Assembly: GCA_028534125.1 (NCBI GenBank)
Contig: CM052816.1
Coordinates: 77,192,001-77,256,000 of the forward strand
Direction of reading: 5' to 3'
From: Lama glama
Taxonomy: Eukaryota
DNA: 64,000 nt
The notes below the pieces were generated by a model. The model was not told the origin of the DNA. It did no database searches and saw nothing but the letters and a program-made list of their open reading frames with translations. A program made the translations under genes and the position numbers. Positions 51,136 to 64,000 of the stretch are shown here, in pieces; position 1 is the stretch's first letter, and the number at the start of each line of letters is the position of its first letter.

Positions 51136-54100
51136 ACTGCTGCTGGCCACTCACACAGTGAAATGTGCAAGGTGTGTGTGTGTGTGTGTGTGTGTATACA
51201 TGGGTGCTCTTTAACATGGGTGTTTTGGGCATTGCTTTTTCCCAGTTTATCAGCACCCAGGCTTCTGGGTGACCCATTTTTGAAAGCTAGATTTTGGCTG
51301 TCTGCATTTCATCAGGGTCTCAATCAAAAAGACAGCCACTGAAAAGGAGTCTGCTGCTGACTCCAAGAGGCAGAGATGAATTTGGAATGTGAGAATTTCT
51401 TGAAGACAGGAAGCAATTTCTCCATAAGCAAATTAGAGTCACCAGCTGGATACTCAAAAAATACTGAAAGCAACGCTGTTTCAGAAAGGACGGTCAAGAG
51501 GATAGACCACATTACCAAGAAGAAGAATGGCCCCATGATGAAAGGGCAGGTCCCCACAGGTGACACAATAGGTTTGTCACCAATAGTTCAAGAACAGAGA
51601 CTTGCCAGTTGCACTCAATCCAATGCCCTGCTGTTATGAGGTCCCCAGGTATGGCTGGTGGCCAGAAGGAAGCCAGGCTGCCTGCTAAAGGAAGCCGATA
51701 GTCAGGGCATGTTTTATATCGTGTCTTCTACTTTGGGTTATAAAATGTTCCCTATGAGAATTTAAGAGTCCTGGGATTAAGTAAAGAATTAACCCACACG
51801 CCCATTTTAGAAGCCATTGTGGCTACTGAGTGTCCCATTTGCCTGAGGACCTTATAGATCCCTGGGAGAAACAGTAATGGGGTAAAGCAGACTTGGAGAC
51901 GAGGAGGAAGGGCTGGGTGCTTGTATTGAGATTTGGACATAATGGGGCACATGGGGAAGAGACCTGGTAGCCTCTTGCATAACTCATTCTGGGCAGAAGA
52001 GAGGAAAGTGCTAAGGCATCAAGCCGAGTGCGAGGAGTTTAACTTACAAGCTGAAGAATTTGACCTTATGTAGAAAGTCCCAAATGTCCAAGTGAACTTT
52101 TCCAGATCCCTCATGGAAATAGTGACTTATAAAAGAGTAGATGCCCTCATGGTCCACTACAGACACAGTGAGAAATCAGGAGATTGAGTAAAACTAGCAT
52201 TCGAGGAACCTAGCGAGAGTTGTGACAGTAAAGAGTCAGATCCCGACATCTCAGCTTTCCCTCGTCTCACCCCCTTCCTCCTTCTCCATCTCCTTACGGC
52301 AAACAAGGAGCTGTGCCCAGCCCCCCCCCCATGAGGGAAGGAGCGGATAGGAGCCCCAGGGAACTGGGAAGAAGGATGTGACACAGAAGTGGCTCCAGGG
52401 CTAACTCCTGCATCCTAACAGCAGCTGTCGCACCTAAGTGCAGCCCCCAGGAGCGGAGAGGGATAAGCAAAGTGGCTTCCAGCAGGAGAACTTAAACCTC
52501 ACCCAAACCACCGTGCTAGCCTCGAGGAAGGGAAACACGTAGGGGAGCTGGTCTCAGAATCCCTCACAGAAGAGCAAACAAGAGCTATTGATGTCGGCGG
52601 GTATCTGTTTTCCTCGAATGCCCTCTCCTAGGCTGGGTGGTCAAGGGGGTCTTGCGGTACCTTTTAGCGACGAACTCTTTGATACAGGATTTTGATGTGG
52701 ATCCCAACTTACAGCAGAAGTTAGAAGGTTCACAGATCCTTCTAGGTATTTTGTGTGCCCTCAAGGGAGCAGTGCTGACTCAGACCATAGCCTCTGAGTT
52801 CGAGTTGCTGGACTTCTCATGGGAAGAGTTGGCCTTTTTTTTTTTTTTTATTCCATAAAAAAGAAAGAAAAAAAACCAGAGTAAGAAAATTTTTAAAAAT
52901 AGCTAAATAACCATTAAGGAACATTTGGAAGTGGTGCACAATTGCAAGAGATTTTAAGAAATTATGACCCTAATGATGACAAGTTTAGCTTTTCTAAGGA
53001 GATACTGTCTGAAGAGACACAGGCAGGACTTCTGTTCCTTTCCTGTCTCCGTATGGAACTCGTCTATCCAGCACTGTACATATACCATCCTGTGATGTTT
53101 CTTCCTTGCCATACAAAGCCACCAGCCTTGTGTGAGTCCTGGAATTCCTGACTTTCCTTCACCTCCTCCACAAGCAGTCAACTGAAGCTTCGTTCTCTGA
53201 CCCTTCAGAATGTGGGAGTGTTCCCCTTTGCGAGAGCTTTCTCTTTAGATTCTGTCGAGGTTAATGCAATGGGCTGGAATCACAGAAGGGGTTTTGTTTA
53301 GCTTTCTGTCAAGACTTCCTGATCCTATAGTATGTGGCTGAGATGCATTGTTAAAGAGGGTTTTTTTTCCCTTTCTCTCCTTGGTTTAAAATATTAAGTG
53401 GTTTAAAAAATAGATTTATAAGCTCTTTTTATCATGGCCTCCTTAAAGATTAAAGACAGGGGATGTATTAGGAAAAGATATGTCTCTTGCTTCCTGGACC
53501 ATCTATTCTCTGACATCTACATACAGTCTATCAGAATATGATGCTAAAACTACATGGAGAGCTGAGAGCTGTGTGCAGGCCACGAAGCTATCGGTCAGCT
53601 GAAGAACAGCTGGTTGGGCAGATTTTTGCACTTCTCCTTGTCATCTTTATTGAACTCAGAGACAAGATCATTCCAAGTCACTTTTAAAACTATGGGCCAA
53701 TGAGGAGAAGTGGGGTGGTTGTAGTCCTAAAGCTACCACTTACGAGCTGTGTGACCCTGTGTCCATTCACCGCAGTTTATTTGCTGGTACTGACAGTGCA
53801 TACGTACCCTGCTAATTAGCTCATGGGCCTCTCCCACAGGGTTACTGTAAGGATCCAGTATAGCAGTGTTGCCCCCAGTGTAGTAGACATACCAATTTGT
53901 CATGACTTCTGGTGGTACATGGGCAGTTTTTATTACTTTTTAAATTTAAAGCTTAGTATTTATTTGAAAACAGTTATTACATAACTGGCACATCAAACTC
54001 ATGATTTCTTACATATAATTTCTCAGGAAGAGCCTCAAGTGGAAAACAAGAAGCAATAGCAAGTCTATATGTATGAGTGTGTGTGTGTATGTGTGTGTGT

Positions 54101-55309
54101 ACTATGTCAAAGTGACGAAAAAGGAAAGTAGTGCCCTTCTAAAATATGGGAGTCTGCAAAAATGAATAAATAGAACACCTGTCTGAAGACTTTAGGGAGC
54201 TTAACAAATGTGTCATTATTACTCCTCTGGAGGTCCCTGAGTTTCCGCACGAGTAAAAGTCAAGAAACGGTTGCTGATAGCTTCCATGTACCAGGCACCT
54301 TTCTGGGTTCTGAGGATATAACAGTAGATCAGGTAGACAAAATTTCTCCCTCTGCATTCAAGTGGAGAAGCATATCTAAACCCACAAAATGTTTGTGTGG
54401 ATCTGACCCCATCATATACAAAGAAAGCATTTGATAATGTCTCTCAATGTCTGGTATTGTTGTCATGAGATGCCAGAGGTACGAATGAGGAATTGATTTG
54501 AGAGTATCTGAAAAATGTCTGGCAGAACCCAGAGAAATGCTGTAGTGTGGACAAATGTAAATTGCTTTTGTTTCTGTTGGGCTTTCCTCTGGGTTAAGTT
54601 CCTGGAAAAAGTTTCCTAAAACTTTTGCACAGTGAAAGGACTTATCTTAATGGTCTGTATCTGGCACTAAGCTCTCTCTAGTGGTAACGAGACATGAGTC
54701 TAACCAGTACCATATTAGAATTATGCCTCTTAGTCTTCAAATAGTCAACCCAGCTTGAGTTAATCTAATCGTAAACTTACTTTTCTGAATCAAATGCTCT
54801 TCTGGTATCGAAATATGTAAAGTCTAATTTGTTTTGCTTCATTCCCTAATTTTAAAGTTTTGTCCAAAAGAATTGGCAAATTTCCCTGGACACGTTTTCT
54901 CTTTTTAAATCCCCGAAGTAATATTGCTTAACTGGTTTTGGTTGCATTATGTCTGCACTTGTTGGATCTTCCTATCAACTCACAAGTTGGCTATTGGACA
55001 ACATTTGAAGGGTCAGCTATTCCTACTTGGGAAATTACTGCCTCAGTGACCTTACTAAAAAAATACCCCAGTGGCTTCAAAGAGTAAAAATAAGTTTCTA
55101 AAACAGTGTAACTTCCAAACAGGGAATAGGTTTTGTGCTCGGAGACTGTGTCAAAAATGAATGGTAACAAATTCATAACAAAATCACGGCCCAGTAAAGA
55201 TAAAACCAGAATATGATATATGAAGAGAATGTAACATGCTGGAGCCAAAATGTAGGAGGAAAGATGTGTATTAAACAGGCCTGCAACTGCGACAAGTCCA
55301 TATAGCTTT

Positions 55310-55853
55310 TTTAAAAGTTATTGAAGTATAGTCAGTTTACAATGTTGCATCACTTTGTGGCATATAGCATAATGTTTCAGTCAGACATATACATACATAT
55401 ATTCATTTTTGTAATAGGTTACTACAAAATATTGAATATAGTTCCCAGTGCTATACAGTAGAAACTGGTCATTTATCTGTTTTGTATATAGTAGTGTGTA
55501 TCTGCAAATCTTGAACTCCCTGTTTATCCCTCCCACCACTCCCACAAAACCATAAGTTTGCCTTCTATGTCTGTGAGCCTGTTTCTGTTTTGTTGATAAA
55601 TTCATTTGTGTCTCTTTTTTTAGATTCCACATATAAGTGATATCATATGGTTTTTTTCTTTCTCTTTCTGGCCTATTTCTCTTAGAATGACGATTTCCAG
55701 TTCCATTCATGTTATAGCAAATGGCATTATTTTATTCTTTTTTATGACTGAGTAGTGTTCTATTGTATATATGTATCACAACTTCTTTATCCAGTCATTT
55801 GTTGATGGATATTTAAGTTGTTTCTATGTCTTGGCTATTGTAAATAGTGCTGT
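55310..55853 (-). mobile_element. Young L1 3' end
   Basis: TSD ATATAGCTTT at 55300-55309 and 55854-55863; reverse L1 ORF2 end and 3' UTR. Confidence 0.9.
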
Positions 55854-58724
55854 ATATAGCTTTAACTCTCAGACCCTCAGTAAGTGAATAACTGAAGATA
55901 ATGACTCATCACGCACACTGCATCAGGCTTGCCCATAGTTCTGTGTTTAGCATTGTTACTTGTGATGATGATTTCACTGTTTTGCTAAAGAATCCAAGTT
56001 TGAACAGTCATTTTACCTCTGATTCTTGCTAAGGTGCATAGCAGATTTGTAAATTGTGCTTCTGTTTAAAGGCTTAATTCCTCCCCTCTGCCCAACTCCC
56101 CTCAAAAAAAAAAATATAAAGCTTAAGTCTTTCTATTTTGATTAAACAGTGAGCAGATAAAATTGTTTGCTAAACCTGGCTACCTGGTATGAAGTGCAAG
56201 GCTTGTAAATTTCAAACATGAGGTAGGAATATAAAATGATTTTTAAAAACAAATCTCCCTGCACTCAGGAATGTTGCCTCTTTTCAGCTCCTTCTCATTG
56301 GGAGGTCATAGACTTACTCTAATTGTGTTGTTTTTCCTCTAAACATTTGGAACTCCTCTTGTGGAATTGTCTTCAGAGCCTGCAAAGCATTTTTCTGAGA
56401 ATCCTGCTCTGTGCCAAGTCTTCATCCTTTGGGGTGGGGTGGGGGATGGGAGCCAGTGGAAGGGAGTGGATTTAATGATTTCTGGAAAGAGCTGAAAGTC
56501 ATCCAGAGGACGATCTGGTAAATGGCATTGAGTATAACCATTTGGGGTTAAAAAATAAAATAAAAAGGCTGTCTATAAAGTGCAAAGCCTGGCTATGTCA
56601 TTGGCCTGTGAACTGACTCTTTAAAGGCCGTCCTCCAAAGGGCTTCCCAAGCAGCTTTGGCCCGTGATTGGCATTCTTTGAATAAATGTATGGAGTCTCT
56701 TAAAGTGACTACTTTTGAAGTAGTACTTCAAACACTCATTTCCTTGTATAAGATGTGGAGTGCTTTTTTCTTCCACAAACTGCCATGGTCATGTGTAGGG
56801 TCATCATTTCCTAAGGATCCGGAATCAAGATAAGAGCTGTTAGGCAAACATGCTTTCTCAATAACCCCGAGGAAAGAAAAGAACTTGCTGTGAAGTGTTG
56901 CTGGTTCTCCCCTAGGAACCACAGTTAGGATTCAGCCATTGTTTGTGTGTCTACCGTATATGCTGTAGTATAAGGCAATGCCAAATATGAGACCCTCTTC
57001 CATTTTTTGAATATGTCCTCCCCTTCCCCTCACCAAAACTTTTCGAGATGTAGCTAAAAATCACCAACTATCTACTTATAAATACTTAATTTATTAATTT
57101 AGTTACATGTTATTTAAATCATTTTATACACTTATACCAGTTATATATTTTATATTTCATAAAAAAGAAATATTACTAGTCATATTTTCCCACTGTCATA
57201 TTTCAGTTTTATTCCGAGCCACAGCATAGCACTATGAGAGCTGTTTTGCAGTTGCATATTTTCAACACCTACTAGGTAACCACTTACTGTAAAATTTTAA
57301 AAAGTGGTATTTAAAAGGCTTGTTCCCATCAACACCCACTGTTGCAAATGTGAGGCCATTCACCCAAGTGAAAGAATCATTAAATATGCATTAAAGCTCA
57401 CCAAGTCCACCTATAAACACCAAACTCTTGCACTGATTACGAGTGTTTCAGGATAATGTGTTTTCCCTGAAAAGAACTGTGTTATTAGAAATAAAACAAT
57501 AATGAGAACGCCCTATAGTAAGAAACTCTGAATACAAAATGATTTCCTCTTTTTCCAAGGAGTGATTTTGGGGAAAACCTTGATTGGCATTTGAGTGTAC
57601 TCAGAGTTAGTGATTTTGCCTTCTGTTCGACTGAACACCTCTTTGAGTTTTCATTTCTGTTGAAAGGGTGGAAAGAGGTTACCAGCAGAAGTCAGAGTTC
57701 ACAGGGAGAAATTCCATAGAAAGACAGTGTAACAGACAGTGAACAGAAGACGTTTGGTTTTCTTTTGGCGTACATCGGGGAAAAACAACATACAGTGCAA
57801 GGGTTTGCCCCCGGAGATGGGAACGTTTGCGCTGGATTACTAAGCAAGTACTAAAAAGCTCTACACTTTTTGTGTGTGAAAAAATAATAGAAAATAGCTG
57901 AGGAAGAGAGGAGGAGGAAAGTAAGCAAGAAGGGGAGGGGTCGATTTAATGCCACTTATATCAGGGCATCCTCAAGATTCTGTCTTTGGGCTTTCAAGCA
58001 TTGGGTTCTTGGAAACCATCCTGTTTTGATGCTGACCCCCATATAAACTCTCCCTCTATTTAACGCTGTGGCTGAAGCTGATGTTCTAATCCTGGCTCGG
58101 CCCCCAGATTTTGTATGGCCTTGGTAGCTCTTCTCATGTGTGCAAAATAGTTCATGGTATTGATGCAGTCTTCCTCCTGCTGAATAGCAAAGAAACTACT
58201 AGAAGAGTTGAGAGACCCTGAGACCTAAGGATGGCACTGACAGGAGTAAATGCTGACAGTTGGGTCCGTGGTTCACTGGAGGAGCGTCTGCTATTTGTGA
58301 GCCGAGTCAGTGCTCCTTGATACTATGGCCAAGACCACCTTCTGTGAAGCATCTCTTGTCACTGAGGCAACTGGCAAGATGCTCCTACTGGCAGGAGTGG
58401 CGGCTGTGACAGATGGTTAGGCTGGGGGTTCTTAACTCTTGGAGATATTGGACTTTCTCCCTTAGCCTCGTATAAGTCACTTTTTACCTCCAGGGAAGAA
58501 TAGAGAGAATTGATGTTTGTCAATAGCCCTCACTGAGTTGAGAAAATAACAGTTTCCCCATAGGGATCCTTGGGAAAAAATCAGTCTCCTGAAAACTGTG
58601 GAAAGAAATTCAAAACTGCTTCAGAGATCCTGAAGTAGAGCCCAGCTTTCAGATTTCTGACGGAGGGTGTGGCCCAGGAAGAAATGGCTTCATGGCATAA
58701 GCATCTCTTTACTGCCTTCCTCCT

Positions 58725-58816
58725 CTAGTCCTTACTTTGCTCTCCCCCTTTCTCTCTCCCTCTCTCGTTTTCTCTCTCTCTCTCCTCTTTTTTCTCTCTT
58801 TTTTTCCTTCTTCCTT
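58725..58816. repeat. CT-rich low-complexity polypyrimidine tract
   Basis: (TC)n/(T)n mosaic seen directly. Confidence 0.85.
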
Positions 58817-59269
58817 AACACCTTATATATGTGTTAGACTCATCAGTAGTATTTCAAGACCCCAGTTTGCCTCTGTGGTGTTCATATTTTGACACCAAAG
58901 GAAGCCAGAGGAAGTGTTTAATACTTTCAGTAAAAGTTGAAGATTCAGAAGAAATCCGTGCATACTGAGCCAGCCCCTGCCCCATAACCTGTCCTTTGGC
59001 TTGGCTCTACAAGCCATGTTTTTGGTTTGACTCTCTTGAGTCCATTGTAGAGGTGGTGCTTCCCCTCCAGGATGTCACTATGGAGACTTCTGAGTCACAA
59101 GAATCTCACAGAGGCCCAGGAAGATGGCTATAATGATCTGTTTTGGATGGTAGACACAGAGATTGGCCAAACATTTCTTATATGCAATACCATGATGTGT
59201 ATACACCCAGTTCCCTCAGACACAAGAGTCAAAGGCAACATGGAGTGAAATATAAAACTCACTTTCAAT

Positions 59270-59384
59270 TGAAAGTCAGGAGATTTGAGTTTTAGTCCTG
59301 GCTCTGCCACTATTTAGTTGGTGACATTGGGCCAATTACATAACACTCCAGGCTTTAATTACCTCATTTAAAAAATGAAGGCTT
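59270..59384 (+). mobile_element. MIR SINE (left part, split by L1)
   Basis: 'gtcaggagatttgagttttagtcctggctctgccact'; appears to resume after the L1 at ~63488 ('atgagggc...tagatgat'). Confidence 0.7.
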
Positions 59385-60402
59385 TTGTTGGCGTATAATT
59401 AGTCACGGTAGTCCCTTGCAGTCCTTTGTATTTCTGTGGTACGAATTGTAGTCTCCTCTTCCATTTCTAATTTTATTCATTTGAGTCTTCTCTCTTTTTA
59501 TCTTGGTGAGTCTAGCTAAAGGCTTGTCTATTTTGTTTATCTTTTCAAAAAAAAAACCCCAGCTTTCAGTTTCATTGATTTTTTTTCTATTGTCTTTTTA
59601 GTCTTTTTTATTTATTTCTGCTCTAGTCTTTGTTATTTCCTTCTTTCCACTAACTTTGAGCTTAGTTTGTTCTTCTTTTTATAGTTCCTTGAAATGTAAA
59701 CTTAGGTTAAAGACTTCTGTTTTGACTGTACATATGATTTATCCTGGGGAATGTTCCATGTGTGCTTGAGAAGAATGTGTATTCTGTTGCTTTTGGATGG
59801 CCTGTTCCATAAGTGTCTGTTAAGTCCATCTGGTCTAACATGTAGCTGAAGTCCAGTGTTTCGTCATTAATTTTCTATCTAGATGATCTACTCATTATTG
59901 AAAATGAGATATTAACGTCTCTTACTATTGTTATATTGCTGTATATCTCCCCCTTCAGATGTGTTAATATTTACTTTATATATTTCAGTGCTCCTATGCA
60001 AGATGCATAAATATTTACAAATGTTATAGCCTCTTGTTGAATTGATCCCTTTATCATTATATAATGACCTTCTTTCTCTCTTATTACAATCTTTGTTGAA
60101 ATTCTATTTTATCTGATATAAGTATAGCTACCTTAGCTTTCTTTTGGTTTTCATTTGCATGAAATATTTTTTTCCATCCCTTTACTTTCAGTCTGTGTGT
60201 GTCCTTCAAGTGAAGTAGTCTCTTGTAGACAGTATATAGTTGGGTCTTGTTTTTTTATCCGTTTGATCACTCTATGTCTTTGGATTGGAGAATATAGTCC
60301 ATTTACATTTAAAGTAATTATTAATAGGTATAGGCTTACTATTGCCATTTTACTAATTATTTTCTGGTTATTTTATAATTCTTTTGTTCTCTGCCTTCTT
60401 CT
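59385..60402 (-). mobile_element. Inverted 5' arm of L1 (inter-ORF region plus ORF2 endonuclease), pseudogenised
   Basis: ORF 60151-60348 IITLNVNGLYSPIQRHRV...DPTIYCLQET is the L1 ORF2 APE endonuclease N-terminus. Confidence 0.92.
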
Positions 60403-63400
60403 ATTGGACAACATAGTATAAATTTCTAGAAATATAACCTACCAACATTGAATCATGAAGAAATAGAAAATCTGAACAGACCAATTACTAGCAAGGAGAA
60501 TGAAGCAGTAATAAAAAAATCTCTCAATAAACAAAATTCCAGTACCAAATGGCTTCAGTGAGTTCTACCAAACATTTAAAGAAGAATTAATACCAATCCT
60601 TCTCAAACTAATCCAAATAACAGAAGAGGAGGGAATTCCTCCAAACTCATTTTATAGGGCCAGCATTACTGTGACACCAAAACCAGACAGGGATACTATA
60701 AGAAAAGAAAATTAAAATCTAATATCCGTGATGAACATAATACCGTCCTTCATATTTAGGATGAATACAATACACAGAGTTTTCCACAAAATGTTAGAAA
60801 ACTGAATTCAACAATACATTCAGAAGATTATACATGATCCAGTGGGACTTGTTCCAGGAATGCAAGGATGATTCATACCTGCAAATCAATGTGATACACC
60901 ACATCAACAAAATGAAGGATAAGAATCATACTATCATCTCAATAGATGCAGATAGAGCATTTGACAAAATTCAATGTCCTTTCATGATAAAAATTCTCAA
61001 CAAAGTGGGTACAGAAGGAACATACCTCAACATTTTATAAAGGCCATATGTGACAAGCACACAGCTAACATCATACTCAATAGTGAAAAGTTGAGAGCAT
61101 TTCTTCTTTGAGATCAGGAACAAGACAAAGATGCTTACTCTCACCACTTTTATTCAGCTAGTACTGGAAGTCCTAACCAGAGTAATTAGATAAGAAAAAA
61201 GAAATAAAAGGCATCTAAGTTGAAAAAGAAGTAAAAATGTCTCTATTTGTAGATTACATGATATTATGTATAGAAAACCCTAAAAATTACTAAAAAAAAA
61301 CCTGTTTAAACTAATTCAGTAAATTGCAGGATACAGAATCAACACACAAAATTATCTGCATTTCTATGCACTAATACAAACTATCAGAAAGACAAATTTA
61401 AAAACAATTCCATTTATAATTACATCAAAAAGAATAAAATACGTAGGAATAAATTTAACCAAGTTGGTGAAGATGACATAAATAAATAGAAAGGTATTCT
61501 GTGCTTATAGATTGGAAGGATTGATATTGTTAAACTGTCTTACTACCTAAAGTAATCTATAGATTCAATGCAATCTCTATCAAAAATTTCAATGGCATTT
61601 TTCACAGAAATAGAAAAAAAAAAACAAAAAACAAAAAACAGTTCTAATACTTGTAAGGAACCAAAAAAAGATCCTGAATAGCCAAAGCAATCATGAGAAA
61701 CAAGAACAAAGCTGGAGGCATCATGCCTCCTGATTTCAAACTATATTACAAACCTATAGTAACCAAAATAATATGGTACCAGCATTTACAAAAGTTGCAT
61801 CAAAAAGAATAAAATGCCTAGAAATAAATTTAACCAAGGAGGTAAAAGATTTGTATATTGAAAACAAGACATTAATGAAATAAATTGAAGAAGATACAAA
61901 TAAATAGAAAGATATTCCAAGCTCTTGGATTCAAAGAATCAATATTGATAAAATGTGTATATTCTCCAAAGCAATCTACAGATTCAGTGCAATCCCTATC
62001 AAAATTCAGATGGTATTTTTCACAGAAATAGAACATACATTTCTAAAACTTGTAAGAAACCACAAAAGACCTCAAACAGAAAAAGCAATCCTGAGAAAGA
62101 GGAACAAAGCTGAAGACATCATACTATCTAATTTTAAACTATATTACAAAGCTATCATAAGTAAAACAGTACAGTATTGGCATAAAAAACAGACACATAG
62201 ATCAATGGAACAGAATAGAGAGCCCAGAAATAAACCTATGCCTATATAGGTTACTACAAGATATTTATGCTTTACACCAGAAATTGACTCAACATTGTAA
62301 ACTGAGTATACTTCAATTTAAAAAAATTAAAAATAAACAAGTGGAGCTATATCAAACTAAAGAGCCTCTGCACAACAAAAGAAACAACAAAATGAAAACA
62401 TAACCTACCAAATGGGGAAAAATTTTGTAAATCATATATCTGATAAAGTGTTAATATCCAAAATATATCCACTACTTACACAACTCAGTAGCAAAACAAA
62501 CAAACAAACAAACAAAAAGCCAAAGTGACTAAAAATGGACAGAAAAGCTAAATATTTTCCCAAAGAAAACATACCAATGGCCAACAGGTACATGAAAATG
62601 TGCTTAAGATCACGAACCATCAGGAAAATGCAAATCAGCGTAAAGAGATACCACCTCACCCTGTCAAATGGTAGTCACCAAAAAGACAAAAGATTACAAG
62701 TGCTGGTGAGGATGTAGAGAAAAGGGAACCCTTGTGCACTATTGGTTTGAATGTCAATTGGTGCAGCCACTGTGGAAAACAGTGGAGGCTCCTCAAAATA
62801 CTAAAAATAGAACTACCATATAATCCAGCAATACCACTTCTGGGTATATATCACAAGGAAATGAAATCACTGTCTTGAAAAGATATCTGCATCCCCATGT
62901 TTGTTGCAGCATAGTTTATAGTAGCCAAGGCATGGAAACAACCTAAGTGTCCATTGATGGATGAATAGATTTAAAAATATAGTATATATATTATTCAGTC
63001 ATAAAAAAGGGAGGAAATTCCTGACAATTTGCAACAACATGGATGGATCTTGAGGGCATGATGCTAATGAAGTAATTCAGAGAGAATGACAAATGTATGA
63101 CTTCATTTACATGTGAAATCTATAAAAAAAACAAACTCACAGAAACAGAATAGATTTGTTGTTGCCAGAGGTGAGGAATGGGGTCAAAATGTGATCAAAA
63201 GGTACAAACTTCCTGTTATAAGATAAATAAGTTCTGGAGATGTAACATAGAGCACCTTGACCATAGTTAACAATTCTGTACTGCATATTTGGAGGTTGCT
63301 AAGAAAGTAGATCTTTAAAGCTCTCATCACAAGAAAAATAAATGTCATAACTATGTGAGGTGATTGATGTTAACTATTGTGGTGATCATTTAGCAATATG

Positions 63401-63484
63401 TTCATATATCAAATCACTATGTTGTACACCTTGGAGTAATACAATGCTATATGTCAATTATATCTCAGTAGAACTGGAAAAAAA
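60403..63484 (+). mobile_element. L1 (L1MA9-like 3' end): decayed ORF2 RT/C-terminus plus 3' UTR
   Basis: ORF fragments [30 protein letters not shown] and [13 protein letters not shown]...KLYYKA; many stops/frameshifts; 3' end 'gtcaattatatctcagta...aaaaaaa'. Confidence 0.93.
62246..62330 (+). mobile_element. Tiny young L1 insertion with 20-nt 5' inversion nested in the older L1
   Basis: 62246-62265 is reverse-orientation young-L1 3' UTR (same text as the minus-strand copy at 55414 onward); 62266-62327 is the forward L1 terminus with A tail. Confidence 0.75.
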
Positions 63485-63584
63485 TCATGAGGGCTTTTTG
63501 GTAGATGATTTGTTCATTCAAAATGTATTTTATTTAATTTTTTCCACCAGAAATTTAACGATAGGTGAAAATTCTCTCAAACTT

Positions 63585-63769
63585 TTCTTTTTGAATTGAA
63601 GTAGAGTTGATTTACAGTGTGTGCCAGTTTCTAGTGTACAGCATAATGATTCGGTTGTACATATATATATATATATATACTCTTTTTCATATTCTTTTTC
63701 ATTATAGGTTATTACAAGCTATTGAATGAAGCTCCCTCTGCTATACAGTAGGACCTTGTTGTTTATCTA
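63585..63769 (-). mobile_element. Young L1 3' end
   Basis: Poly(T)-rich left edge; 'ttataggttattacaagctattgaat..gctccct.tgctatacagtagg'; TSD-like ctcaaa(c/a)ttt on both sides. Confidence 0.85.
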
Positions 63770-64000
63770 ACTCAAAATTTATTAAGCATCTACTTAAAGC
63801 AACTGCTAGATACACTCCAAAGTAGATTTTAGTTCTAAAATTGTCTGACATTGGCAGGTGTTACAAACTTTTTTCTATGTCTAAGTTCACTTGAGTTGTA
63901 ATTATTTGAGAGCCTCAGTGATTTTACAGATGCCATTTTCCTAAGAGGTTGAAAACTCATGCCTGGGCATATTGGAGGATCTCTGCTGTCTTTCCACCTG

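Noticed and set aside
60151..62717. Functional reverse transcriptase/endonuclease gene
   Set aside because: L1 ORF2 is broken by inversion, stops, frameshifts, duplication and deletion

Overview
Mammalian non-coding DNA, most likely camelid (Camelus/Lama/Vicugna). This is inferred from four tRNA-Ala(AGC)-derived SINEs of the vic-1 type plus a young lineage-specific L1 3' end repeated many times. I find no supportable protein-coding gene, RNA gene or CRISPR array. The ORF track consists of chance ORFs and decayed L1 ORF2 fragments. The window is a mosaic of L1 (old L1M and young camelid-type, several with readable target-site duplications, TSDs), L2, MIR, MaLR/ERVL/ERV1 LTRs and hAT-Charlie DNA transposon fossils, with one 100-N assembly gap. 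The most notable items are: (i) a ~4.1 kb twin-primed, 5'-inverted L1 whose arms join with no apparent loss and which carries an internal duplication and a nested micro-inverted young L1; (ii) a short L1 3' transduction tag; (iii) a CpG-retaining, promoter-like patch at ~12.35-12.8 kb containing a splice-site-bounded candidate exon; (iv) motif clusters (paired octamers, paired AP-1, a duplicated CTCF-like site) in repeat-poor DNA. I found no evidence for a previously undescribed multi-gene system. Repeat family names are from recalled consensus sequences, not a database search, and boundaries are approximate unless a TSD is cited.
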